Positions 9,634 through 19,338 of a stretch of 64,000 nucleotides of DNA are shown piece by piece. Under the pieces are notes generated by a model. It saw nothing but the letters and a program-made list of their open reading frames with translations, had not been told where the DNA came from and searched no databases. The stretch comes from a virus: positions 1 to 64,000 of the IMG/VR virus record IMGVR_UViG_3300031977_001585; one strand, 5' to 3'. The translations under genes and the position numbers were made by a program. How positions within the stretch are numbered: the stretch's first letter is position 1; each line of letters opens with the position of its first letter.

Positions 9634-12615
9634 TTAGGGTTCTATGCCACTGCCATTAAGATTGATGTCAAAAGTAACTGCGTCCCCGTTGGCATCCTCA
9701 AATCGACCAGTGTCCGGATTCCAAGAGAAAACACTATCATACAAAGTAGCAGTAGTCTCACCAGCAACCGACGCAACAGTATTGACAAACTCATTATATA
9801 TAGCAGTTGCATCAAGAGCACTCGTTCCACCATCGTCAGAACCACTAACGACCTGATTCGCAGACGATGTTGGATCATAAGCAGCTGCCGTTGAATCTGT
9901 TGTGCTTGCTATTAGTCCCGATACAGTTCCTGACCAAGAGTTAACACCCGTTCTTGACTTGTCCGTATTATTCTGACCATTGTCACTCATCATCTTGATT
10001 TCAATTTTGAATCGACTGTCGTAAAGGGTACCTACTGCGAACGATCCGTTTACAGGAATAATCGTCCACGAGTTACCACCACCACCAGTTTTATGTCTTT
10101 GAGTCTGTATGGTTGTCCATGTTGATGGCCAACTATTAGTGTCCTGTGTATTCGCATCTTTTTGTTGGAATAATAGTTTTACGTATGCTGTATCTGTTGC
10201 AAATAGACCAGAAAATGCCATACTAATAGTCGGTATATGCCTGAATACATTTCTTTCTGTTGTTCCTTGAGCATCAATAACTCGGTCGACAACGTTTCTT
10301 GGTAGTTCAATAGTAGTCAATTCTTGATATCCCGCAGAAGATGGTCCCCAAGTTCTGGTACCACTTCCGGAGAATGCAGTAATTGTATTAATATTTCCTT
10401 CAAGACTACCGACCGTTAGTGATCCTGTTCTGATAGAATCAGAAAGAATAGTGCCGGTAGTGATTTTACCACCATCGATGCTGGTGATGTTGCCAATCTC
10501 ATCTGTGCCCAAGGCACCTTCAATGTTCTGGAAAGTGACAAGACCATTGAAGTTGTAATTCCTAAACGGAGCACCAATCTGTATATTTGAACCTGTTGCT
10601 TCATCACCATCGACGGCATCTGCTACGACACGATATCGGCATGCCCAAATGGATCCTGTTAAATTGGTATCTTCCGATGGTGATAGTGACCATCCGTTAG
10701 AGTTCGTTCCAGCAGCAGGATTTAGACCTTCGAAGTATCCCATGCCTACATTGGAGTTGTTTTCTGATAGTGATGTGAATACAAACTTCGTTGCTGTTGG
10801 TGCACCCGGATTAGCACTTGACTCACCGTGGTAGTATAGATATCCTGAATCGATCAGACCTAGACCAGTAATGTTGATATCGGATGGATCGACTACTCCT
10901 GGCGGACCTTGTTCACCAGGGACACTTGAAAGAATCGGTGCCGTAAACGTTAGACTGTTGTCGATACCATTTTGACCCCTCAGACTTGCTACGGTTGTAG
11001 TCTCCCACAGATCTTGTGGGTTGTTTGGATCTGGAGATGCGACAGGCACTTCATACCATGAACCACTAGTTCCAGCAACCAGATCGGTGTCGTCATTCTG
11101 ATTCGATTGTTTCACGAATCGGTTAGAGTCAAAATTATAGATCACACTGTTCGGTGTAGGGATAGCAGATGGTGGAATGATGTTACCATCAACATCAAGT
11201 TCACGTGCCTTACGTGTGTATAGAGAGGCACGGTATGTCGATATAGTCTCGACGATATATGGTACAGGATCACTCCAACCAGGAGGATCTACTGCAACGA
11301 CTGTACCTGTATCTCCTTCGACAACGAATGGATAGGTAGAAGACCATACGTCTTTACCCTCTTCAACAAGGCCGTTAGGAGATGCAGACCAACCAGTAGG
11401 AACATCGTCCATCTGGTTAGTTGTGAAATTGTATGAACCCCCAGTAGGTTTAGTTGGTGGTTCTATGTTACCGTTGGAATCATATGTACGAGTCTTGGCA
11501 AAGTAAACTGCTTTCTCTGCGGCAGACTTACCATTTAATCCAGTAGAGGCAATTACAGGAGCACTCCAGTTAATGGTGCTGTCTACTAAATCACCATCAC
11601 CGTTTGCAGATACACCTAGTGTTGAGGCAATACCTGTAGAAACGTATAGTTCACCTACACCCTCTTCTGGTCCGACGTTCCATCCAGTAGGAGCAGTGTA
11701 TTCTTTAGTGGTGAAGTTGAATGAACCACCCGATGGTGCAGTCGAAATAGAAGACTCTGATCTCTTGTATGCATACAGTTGAGCAATTGACTCTCCACTA
11801 TTAACGTCTACAGGTGGTCCACCAATTAGATAAGGAGTTGACCATTCACCACCACCAATAAGATTGGTCTCTGACTGTAGATCGATGAATCGATAGTTAC
11901 ATGCGTAGATGTCTTTGTCACCGTCTGGTGCTGGGATTTCATCGTACCAAGTTTCAGTAAGAGCACCACCAGACGAATCTGTTGTTGGTACCGTAAGCAC
12001 TCCACTGGTGAAGTCATACGAACCACCGAAAGGAGTTGTCGGAGAACTCGAAGCACGAGTATAGATTGTTGCAGTGAATGTTGAGGTTCCTGCAGGACCA
12101 CTACCATCACCACCACCCGTAGAATCTGCTAGGTTAGTCCACTTAACACCGTCCCACTTTAGAACCTGACCCGTAGAAACACTGTTGATTTCAACGTCAG
12201 TCAGATCATTAAGAGCACCTACTTCACCGTGCTTTGCAAGTTTTACCCACTGACTATCATGCGCATAATATGCGAACCCAGTAGAATGGACGTGTGCAAA
12301 CATACCGTGGTAAGTACCAGCATCAATAGCATTTAATTCATTTTCATCTTGAAAGTGGTTGCTGTATAGGATCTTGTTACTGCCAAGGTCAAGTGTGGTA
12401 GACGCAAGAAATGTACGAATTTCTTCTTGAGTGAATCCGGTATCATCATTTAGTTCGTTGATCTTTGCAAGAATAAGAGCATTCACTTCTTCTACAGAAA
12501 GACCACCCACTCCTTCTTCTAAGAGGTGAAAGTTCTCATTGATCTTATCGACAGCCTCATTGATCTTATCTGCTAAGTCAATGGTCTGGACTGTTGTAAT
12601 ATCATCGTGTGCCAT
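9634..12615 (-). CDS. Tail fibre-like protein, 993 aa
   Basis: N-terminal KINENF anchor, LNDLTDV...GQVLKWDG..W motif, about five ~110-aa Y.R....P..P.GGSY.F repeats, IDGGKITTGTI beta segment; followed by a chaperone. Confidence 0.8.
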   Translation of the reverse strand: MAHDDITTVQTIDLADKINEAVDKINENFHLLEEGVGGLSVEEVNALILAKINELNDDTGFTQEEIRTFLASTTLDLGSNKILYSNHFQDENELNAIDAGTYHGMFAHVHSTGFAYYAHDSQWVKLAKHGEVGALNDLTDVEINSVSTGQVLKWDGVKWTNLADSTGGGDGSGPAGTSTFTATIYTRASSSPTTPFGGSYDFTSGVLTVPTTDSSGGALTETWYDEIPAPDGDKDIYACNYRFIDLQSETNLIGGGEWSTPYLIGGPPVDVNSGESIAQLYAYKRSESSISTAPSGGSFNFTTKEYTAPTGWNVGPEEGVGELYVSTGIASTLGVSANGDGDLVDSTINWSAPVIASTGLNGKSAAEKAVYFAKTRTYDSNGNIEPPTKPTGGSYNFTTNQMDDVPTGWSASPNGLVEEGKDVWSSTYPFVVEGDTGTVVAVDPPGWSDPVPYIVETISTYRASLYTRKARELDVDGNIIPPSAIPTPNSVIYNFDSNRFVKQSNQNDDTDLVAGTSGSWYEVPVASPDPNNPQDLWETTTVASLRGQNGIDNSLTFTAPILSSVPGEQGPPGVVDPSDINITGLGLIDSGYLYYHGESSANPGAPTATKFVFTSLSENNSNVGMGYFEGLNPAAGTNSNGWSLSPSEDTNLTGSIWACRYRVVADAVDGDEATGSNIQIGAPFRNYNFNGLVTFQNIEGALGTDEIGNITSIDGGKITTGTILSDSIRTGSLTVGSLEGNINTITAFSGSGTRTWGPSSAGYQELTTIELPRNVVDRVIDAQGTTERNVFRHIPTISMAFSGLFATDTAYVKLLFQQKDANTQDTNSWPSTWTTIQTQRHKTGGGGNSWTIIPVNGSFAVGTLYDSRFKIEIKMMSDNGQNNTDKSRTGVNSWSGTVSGLIASTTDSTAAAYDPTSSANQVVSGSDDGGTSALDATAIYNEFVNTVASVAGETTATLYDSVFSWNPDTGRFEDANGDAVTFDINLNGSGIEP

Positions 12616-12841
12616 TATTATCCTCTACTAAACGAAAGAGCAAACTCTTTATCTCATCAATGTCTTGCTTCAGGTTACTCACCTCTTCAGTCAATGATTC
12701 AATCTTTTGTTTTTCTCTCTGTCTTGTCTCTTTTAGTTTCCTTGCCTGTACAATCTCGTTCTTGTTCGTGTTCAAGATTGTGCCTGTTTTCTTGTCTCTT
12801 ACTAGGTTATTATGTCCCTGTACCTTTTGGTATCGTTCCAT
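12602..12841 (-). CDS. Small coiled-coil protein typically following the VrlC-like gene in marine T4-like phages
   Basis: KVQGHNNLVRD..TG.ILNT motif plus heptad C-terminus. Confidence 0.7.
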   Translation of the reverse strand: MERYQKVQGHNNLVRDKKTGTILNTNKNEIVQARKLKETRQREKQKIESLTEEVSNLKQDIDEIKSLLFRLVEDNNGTR

Positions 12842-12844
12842 CTA

Positions 12845-15800
12845 TTACACCAAAGCAATTGCTCGTAGGTCTCGTATTGTAGGAGACTTCGAAGAGTTGC
12901 TTGAAGTCATAACAACCTTTACTTGGAATGCAGAGAAGGTTTCATCACCTGCATTCTCAATAACGTATTCGTAGTCACGATAAATTGATCGGTTACTATC
13001 CGATACCGGATATGCTTCACGATTCATTGCGACCCACTCTGCTGTATTTAGTCCTTCTTCAGTAAGGGATCTCTTGACATATACTTCGAACTCTGATTCG
13101 ATAGGACGGTTTGCCGCAAAGATAACCTTCAGACCATCCGATGCATTCTCAAGTACAACCGGAATGGTCACGTGCTGTGCCGCATCGACCTTATCGATGA
13201 CATTCTCAAGTGCAAGTACCGATGCTCTCTGCATATCGATGACTGGTGATACACTGTCGTCGTTGGTACTTAGTGAGATGTTCAGTGTCAGTGTGCGACT
13301 ACCCGCCTCGTTTTCATTGGATCGAACAATCATTGGTTGATCGTTTAGGTTAAGATTGTTTAGGTTAACTGTCGTCGTGACAACCGACGAAGACTGTCCG
13401 ATCGGGTTGCGACGGTTCTGTCCGTAGGACTGACCTGTCTGTGTCGAGATGGACGAACTGATAGACGTTGCTGTTGGTGCAAGGAACTGCACTAGTGGAG
13501 TGAACTCATCGTACATCACTTGCTGGGATGCCTTGATGTTACTGCCACCACCTGTACCTGTTGCCGTTGCTGATACAGTTGTATCAATGCTGTAACCTTG
13601 CCATGTTGGGCTCTTCACAACAAACGTACCGTTGATGTTTGCTGGCAGAATACCACTTAGACCATTAGTGACTCCACTGATTGTGACACTGTCACCCGCA
13701 GAGAATCCATGACCTTCGTGGTGGATCTTGATGTCAGATGAACCAACAGTAGTCTCGATAGGATTGTTTCCTAGAGTTACCTTCGGCAGTGATGTGTTAG
13801 TTAGGTTGACTGTCACACCGTTATCTGTTGGGAACTTGGCACGGTATAGATTAAACATTAGATCCTTAGTCTGATCTGGTGTCCATGTAGATCCGTTCTG
13901 TGATAGGAATAGAGATCCTAGAGTTGGTTGCTTGGCAACCTTAGCATCTGTCGAACCAAGGACGAACTCGTATGTCTCTGCGACGTATACATTGTAGTCT
14001 ATTGATTCGGCAAGCAGTACTATAGCATACTCTTCACCAGAAGTCAAGTAGACTGGTTCATCAAACTCGATTGATGTCGGTGCCTGAAGTACACTGCTCA
14101 TCTGCTCTGGATCAGCCGGTAGGTTGATGTCTGCTGGGTCAGTGAACTTCACAGAACCAGGTAGGATACGACCTGTTGGAACACCGTTCTCTACTGGACG
14201 GATTTGCACTTGCAATGGAATTGTGCTATCCTTAGTCTTCACGTACACATCAACCTTCGATAAGAACAGTCCATTCGGGTGCTCTACACGGTCAACACGG
14301 AATGTCTGTGCTAGTGGATCTCGATCTCGTGTTATAGTAGTGATGATTCGAGTCGAACGGATAGTGCGTTGAATCGTCTCGATTGTACCTACTGATGTAT
14401 ATACCGCACGACTGTTCGTGACGGAGTTTTCGTCATCATTCTTCGAGATGTCTAGTAGTTTGAATTCTTGTGTACCCGTACGGAACTGAATCGCAGACGT
14501 GTTAGGGATAAAGAAGTTACCCGTTAGTTCTCCCTTCGCATCGGTCACAAGATCACTTGATCCACGTGGGTGACTTGTTGCGTCAGAGAACTCACTGCCT
14601 ACCTCAGTTGGATTGTCAGAGAATTGAGTGAACGGTTCTTGACGCACCCACTCTGATACTGACTTGTTTCCAAAATAAGGGAACATACGAGTGTTTGGAC
14701 GCAGACCCTTGACAGAGAATGAGACCTCACGAGATCGCATGAATGGAATGATTTCGATGTCAACAACACGTTGTCCTACGAACTCTTGAATAGTACGAGT
14801 CGTCGTTGTTGTTACTGTACGTCCACGTCGACGTGCACGTTCAGACGATAGGTCGATAGATTGACGACGTACAGTTGTCTGTATGATGTCCGGTAGACTA
14901 CGAGTCTCAACCCACTCATCCGAAGCAGGTGATAGCACCATGTGCCCTGTCTGTGTGATCACGGCAAATGGGTTGACGTTCAGTGTCGACGTTGCCAATT
15001 TCTGTTCGATCAGTGCTTCGTGTGAGAATGGTAGAGTAACCAAATCACCCTTCTTGAGACTCGACTGAGTTGGGTCTAGTTGTAGTCGTACCGACTGTTC
15101 ACGGAATGATGGTTTTAGTTCACCCGCAAATGTTTCGATCGATGCACGGTAGTCATCTGCAAACACGTCAGAGAAACTGAATCCACTGAAGTTGTCCGCA
15201 ATAAATCCGGTCTTGGTTCTTGGTAGATTCGCATCGTCAAGTATTAGAATCGAGTTAGTGTCTTGCTCAAGTAAGCTGAGTGTAGTCAATTCGAACAGAG
15301 TATCGACACGTTCTTCGAGTGCCGCAATGTCTTTCATTGTGAATCGTTTGTTCGGGATGTAGTTGACTCGCACGTCGTCACGTGAGAAAGTATACGCACC
15401 AATCTCTACGTTATAGAGTGGTAGAGTACCTGCCGGAAGAATCGGTGCCTTTGGTGCCGGTGCTGGTTGACCTTGAATCAACTTGACCTCACCAATTCCG
15501 ATCGTGTTCTCATCTGTGACGATGTTTGCCACAAGGGTGTCGATTCTTGGACGGTGGTACTGTAGGTTCTCGATAGTGATCGCAGAATTGTTCTGAGGCA
15601 ATGCAAGTGTAGTGAATTCAGTAGCAGATGTCTTGGTTGGACGGAAGTCCAATACACTGCGTAGTTGTAATGTCTCACCTGATGCGGTCGTGTACGAAGG
15701 TACATCATCATATGCAACCAGAGTGTTGTCACTGTTCTTGTACGAACTTGCCGCAAAGAATACTCCATCCGTTGAGTGGACGTAGTGAGTGAACGTCACA

Positions 15801-17941
15801 GAGATGCTAGTTACATCACTTGGTAGACTTGATGTCGCAGTTCGTTGAATAGAAACGAAGTCATAGAAGTTGTCACGTTGGCCACCGTCCATGTTGTACA
15901 TGAAAGTAGCATCTTGAACCTCTTCGTCTGTCGTATAAGAGACAGACTTTAGTTCAACCCCATCGACCTGAGTTAGTTGATAGTACTTACCATCATCAAC
16001 GGTTACTTGCTTGACCGCATAGAATTCTCTATCGTTGTTTGGTTGAGAGTTTACAGAGTCATATGCACCTACGATATAGACCTCACCATTCCATTCGATA
16101 GATGATCCTTCAGACAGATTATACCAGTACTGATCATCCGGAGTTCTTTTCTGTAGAGTACCATCCAAGTAGAACAACCAACGATCACGATCTTCGTTAT
16201 AAAAGAAGTAGTTGTTGTTTGAACCGTTCGGTACATAAGCAGGAGATAGTGTAGTCTCCGTACGAGTGCCCACAGATAGATCAACTGTAGTTTCTGTCAG
16301 TACCTTTGTCTTGATACGTTGACCGTCGAGAGGTGCATATCGAACTAGAGTGTAAGAACCACTCAGTCCACTGTATGTACCATCTGAAGTGGTCACGTCT
16401 AAAATACCACTATCGTCTGATAGTATCCACTGACCAAACTCACTACCTGTTCGGTTGATCTGACCGTTAGTGTCTGCAGTGACGTTCTCGATAATACGAG
16501 CAGTGTAACTAACCTCTTGAATGCTATCCTGTACTGGAGTAGATTCTGCTAGAGGGAATAGTAGATTGCTGTTTGAAGTTTCTTGCAGTGCGGCCGTCTT
16601 GATGCTAAGATTGACAAGACTTCCGTCCACAGTATCTACTAGACTGGTTGCGGCACTGAATGCTTTATTAGGAAGCATCTGCACGTCAAACAGGTATGCA
16701 CGGAAACCTGAACCGTAACGGTCGACACCTCGTAGTACCGCAGTTCCTAAAATATCATCATTAGTATCTTGAATGTCAACTTCAATCGTTGAGGTTGCAC
16801 CACTAAAGGTAGATCCTGAATTGATCTCTACCCAACTGCCGACACCACCAATGATGGACTCAGTGTTTGCTTCTGCTGGATCTCGTGCCTTTACGATATC
16901 GACATTAGATCGACCGACCTCTAGTCGGTATCCGTCGACGTATGCGACACCTTCAGATACATCTAAACTTAGATCGTCACCGTCTTCTTCGACGACGACT
17001 TTGAATTCTTGTGCGACGTAATCACCCGACTCTTCTTTGGTACGTACCGCAAGTAGGTCGTTGATTACATTATATGCGTCCGTGGTCTTTACTTCACGAG
17101 TGATCTTGCCTTCAACAATACGGCAGACCCATACGAAGTTATCTGTAGATCCTTCCTCTGGACGAATGCTTGGAGTTAGTTTGATCTTGTATCGGTGTGC
17201 GCCTGGTGACGTGCGGTTAGGAACGTCCCCTTGGTTGTCATATAGATTTGGGTCTTCACCTTCTGTGACAATAGACTCTTCGATCAAGAAACCTAGATCA
17301 ACAGTAGGAGTAGAACTGTACTTGTCAAGGAATACCTGTGACTGCTCGACATAGACAAAGTGTCCCTGTACAAAGAACTCACCTTCTGCAAAGTAAGCAC
17401 GTGTACCACGACCCGAAGGTTCAATAGTGCGAACCGATCCATCGGGAAGATCGACATTCTTTGGTTGAGCAACAACCATGCCTGAGACACCACCGTTTAG
17501 ATAGGTGATGACATTGCCTTCCTTGACACGGGCAGGTTCTTCTGTGTTAGTAGATGCTAACGTATCAGTGTATCGAATGTATAGAGTTGTTGGATCACCG
17601 TTCTCTGCAGACACGACCTCAGTCACGACGAAGTTTAGTCCTTCTTCGTTCGTGAATGTGACCTCTGTAACATTGCTAGGGACGACACTTGAGTCAGACA
17701 GACGAATGTACTCTAACGAGTTGTCGATAGTCGAACCACCCGGTTTGACCAGAGCACCTTCACGGAAGATGTTACGACCGAAACGAGCAATCTCCTCTTG
17801 GATGATTGTCTGTGCTTCGTTTAGTTCTCTTGCCTGTAGTGCACGGCCTGAGTTGAACAAGACACGGTGGTAGTTATCACCGTCCTCATAAAAGTCACGG
17901 TACGTCTCTCTAAAGGTTTTACTTGTAAAATCTGACATCAC
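12845..17941 (-). CDS. VrlC/DUF4815-like large virion structural protein
   Basis: YRDFY....NYHRVLF.SGRALQARELNE.Q start, PGAHRYKI, RT.EESGDY, DPLAQTF, LFLSQNGSTWT, end PTIRDLRAIAL; downstream of gp8. Confidence 0.85.
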   Translation of the reverse strand: MMSDFTSKTFRETYRDFYEDGDNYHRVLFNSGRALQARELNEAQTIIQEEIARFGRNIFREGALVKPGGSTIDNSLEYIRLSDSSVVPSNVTEVTFTNEEGLNFVVTEVVSAENGDPTTLYIRYTDTLASTNTEEPARVKEGNVITYLNGGVSGMVVAQPKNVDLPDGSVRTIEPSGRGTRAYFAEGEFFVQGHFVYVEQSQVFLDKYSSTPTVDLGFLIEESIVTEGEDPNLYDNQGDVPNRTSPGAHRYKIKLTPSIRPEEGSTDNFVWVCRIVEGKITREVKTTDAYNVINDLLAVRTKEESGDYVAQEFKVVVEEDGDDLSLDVSEGVAYVDGYRLEVGRSNVDIVKARDPAEANTESIIGGVGSWVEINSGSTFSGATSTIEVDIQDTNDDILGTAVLRGVDRYGSGFRAYLFDVQMLPNKAFSAATSLVDTVDGSLVNLSIKTAALQETSNSNLLFPLAESTPVQDSIQEVSYTARIIENVTADTNGQINRTGSEFGQWILSDDSGILDVTTSDGTYSGLSGSYTLVRYAPLDGQRIKTKVLTETTVDLSVGTRTETTLSPAYVPNGSNNNYFFYNEDRDRWLFYLDGTLQKRTPDDQYWYNLSEGSSIEWNGEVYIVGAYDSVNSQPNNDREFYAVKQVTVDDGKYYQLTQVDGVELKSVSYTTDEEVQDATFMYNMDGGQRDNFYDFVSIQRTATSSLPSDVTSISVTFTHYVHSTDGVFFAASSYKNSDNTLVAYDDVPSYTTASGETLQLRSVLDFRPTKTSATEFTTLALPQNNSAITIENLQYHRPRIDTLVANIVTDENTIGIGEVKLIQGQPAPAPKAPILPAGTLPLYNVEIGAYTFSRDDVRVNYIPNKRFTMKDIAALEERVDTLFELTTLSLLEQDTNSILILDDANLPRTKTGFIADNFSGFSFSDVFADDYRASIETFAGELKPSFREQSVRLQLDPTQSSLKKGDLVTLPFSHEALIEQKLATSTLNVNPFAVITQTGHMVLSPASDEWVETRSLPDIIQTTVRRQSIDLSSERARRRGRTVTTTTTRTIQEFVGQRVVDIEIIPFMRSREVSFSVKGLRPNTRMFPYFGNKSVSEWVRQEPFTQFSDNPTEVGSEFSDATSHPRGSSDLVTDAKGELTGNFFIPNTSAIQFRTGTQEFKLLDISKNDDENSVTNSRAVYTSVGTIETIQRTIRSTRIITTITRDRDPLAQTFRVDRVEHPNGLFLSKVDVYVKTKDSTIPLQVQIRPVENGVPTGRILPGSVKFTDPADINLPADPEQMSSVLQAPTSIEFDEPVYLTSGEEYAIVLLAESIDYNVYVAETYEFVLGSTDAKVAKQPTLGSLFLSQNGSTWTPDQTKDLMFNLYRAKFPTDNGVTVNLTNTSLPKVTLGNNPIETTVGSSDIKIHHEGHGFSAGDSVTISGVTNGLSGILPANINGTFVVKSPTWQGYSIDTTVSATATGTGGGSNIKASQQVMYDEFTPLVQFLAPTATSISSSISTQTGQSYGQNRRNPIGQSSSVVTTTVNLNNLNLNDQPMIVRSNENEAGSRTLTLNISLSTNDDSVSPVIDMQRASVLALENVIDKVDAAQHVTIPVVLENASDGLKVIFAANRPIESEFEVYVKRSLTEEGLNTAEWVAMNREAYPVSDSNRSIYRDYEYVIENAGDETFSAFQVKVVMTSSNSSKSPTIRDLRAIALV

Positions 17942-17946
17942 CTATC

Positions 17947-19296
17947 CTATATTGTAATGACAACTTTAATGTCTTCCTGCTGCTCGGCATCCCTACGAAT
18001 GCGTGAACGGTTCTCGATGTAAAGAACATCACCACTATGTCTATCTATCTCGTACTTATCAGTCTTTAGTGTGATAGAGGATGGGGTAGTCCCATCGGTA
18101 ACACCTTCGTTTTCATCGAATGGAATAAATCCGGTCGACTCGTTTTGGTGATAGAACACGAACTCATCAACAGACTCGTTAACGTATGCACGTGCACCAC
18201 TGTTCTCTTGATAGATGACATCCCCAGACTTATATGGAGACGAACTAGTTAGAGTCAATGACGACATGACCTTACCGGACACATGAGTGTATGGTTGACC
18301 TTCTGGTGTCAGTGGGTTCTTGATGACACCGATCTGACGGAATGTGTTTTCGACGATGAAGGTGTTGCCTTCTTTACCGTCTGGTTTGATGTTCAGTAGC
18401 ACTGAACTTGTTTTTAAATCATCTACTGGATCAGCACCAAGACCTGACGGTGGAGTGATCACGGCACGGACAACACATGGTTCAGTGTTAGCACCTACAA
18501 TCTCTAGGGTTGCTTCTGTGTATCCTGCACCAAACTCAATCATGCGAACACCGACGACAGATCCGTTATATACGATTGCTTCTGCCGTAGCCTCGGTTGT
18601 GCCGTCACCGTGAACGGTTACCGTGGTGGATTCTTGAGTGTACCCAGCACCACCTGATATAACCTCACCACGAAGAATCTCACCACCGACTGCGGCATTC
18701 ATTACGTTCAATTGTAGATCTTCAATCCCGTCTGCGTTACACTTAGAGGTAGGTCCAGTTAGACCCACTGGGATGTGGTTGGTTGATAGGTACTGATAGA
18801 TGTTTTGTGGTGTCAGTGCAAACAGGAACTTCCAAACGTAGTTGTCTGCTGTCCTAAACGGTTTCTTGTAGTCGACGTTTAGTTCGCAGTAGTTTGGTTC
18901 GATAGTCGATGGGATTGTTTGACCATCGTATCGAGTCCCTTGCTCAAGGCATAGGTATACCTCTTTCGCACTGTTCATCACGAAAAAGTTTGTTGCTTCG
19001 TCTGCATTGACGTTATCTGACCATGCGTCGTAGATGTCGTTTGCATTCCAGTTAACACGTGTTGCGACGAAGATTGCACCTTCGACTTTCTTGATAGACT
19101 GAAGGTTGTGTCTGAATTCTCGTTCTTCTAAGGAACCATCAATAGGAGTATACGGATGATCTACGTCATCCCCCGATGTTGGGAATACATCCGACTTACC
19201 AATGCCGATGTAGTACTCATTGCTAGAGTTGATGACATCCTCAAGAAACTGTCGAGCCAGAGTTCGACTCAATGTTTGTCTGACAATTGCTGGCAT
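17947..19296 (-). CDS. gp8: Baseplate wedge subunit gp8
   Basis: YYIGIGK, VYLCL, DNYVWKFLF, FRQIGVIKNP, SGDVLYIENR...Q.EDIKVVI. Confidence 0.9.
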   Translation of the reverse strand: MPAIVRQTLSRTLARQFLEDVINSSNEYYIGIGKSDVFPTSGDDVDHPYTPIDGSLEEREFRHNLQSIKKVEGAIFVATRVNWNANDIYDAWSDNVNADEATNFFVMNSAKEVYLCLEQGTRYDGQTIPSTIEPNYCELNVDYKKPFRTADNYVWKFLFALTPQNIYQYLSTNHIPVGLTGPTSKCNADGIEDLQLNVMNAAVGGEILRGEVISGGAGYTQESTTVTVHGDGTTEATAEAIVYNGSVVGVRMIEFGAGYTEATLEIVGANTEPCVVRAVITPPSGLGADPVDDLKTSSVLLNIKPDGKEGNTFIVENTFRQIGVIKNPLTPEGQPYTHVSGKVMSSLTLTSSSPYKSGDVIYQENSGARAYVNESVDEFVFYHQNESTGFIPFDENEGVTDGTTPSSITLKTDKYEIDRHSGDVLYIENRSRIRRDAEQQEDIKVVITI

Positions 19297-19338
19297 TATA
19301 ATTTCCTATTAAAAAGTCCTAACTTATATATAGTGATT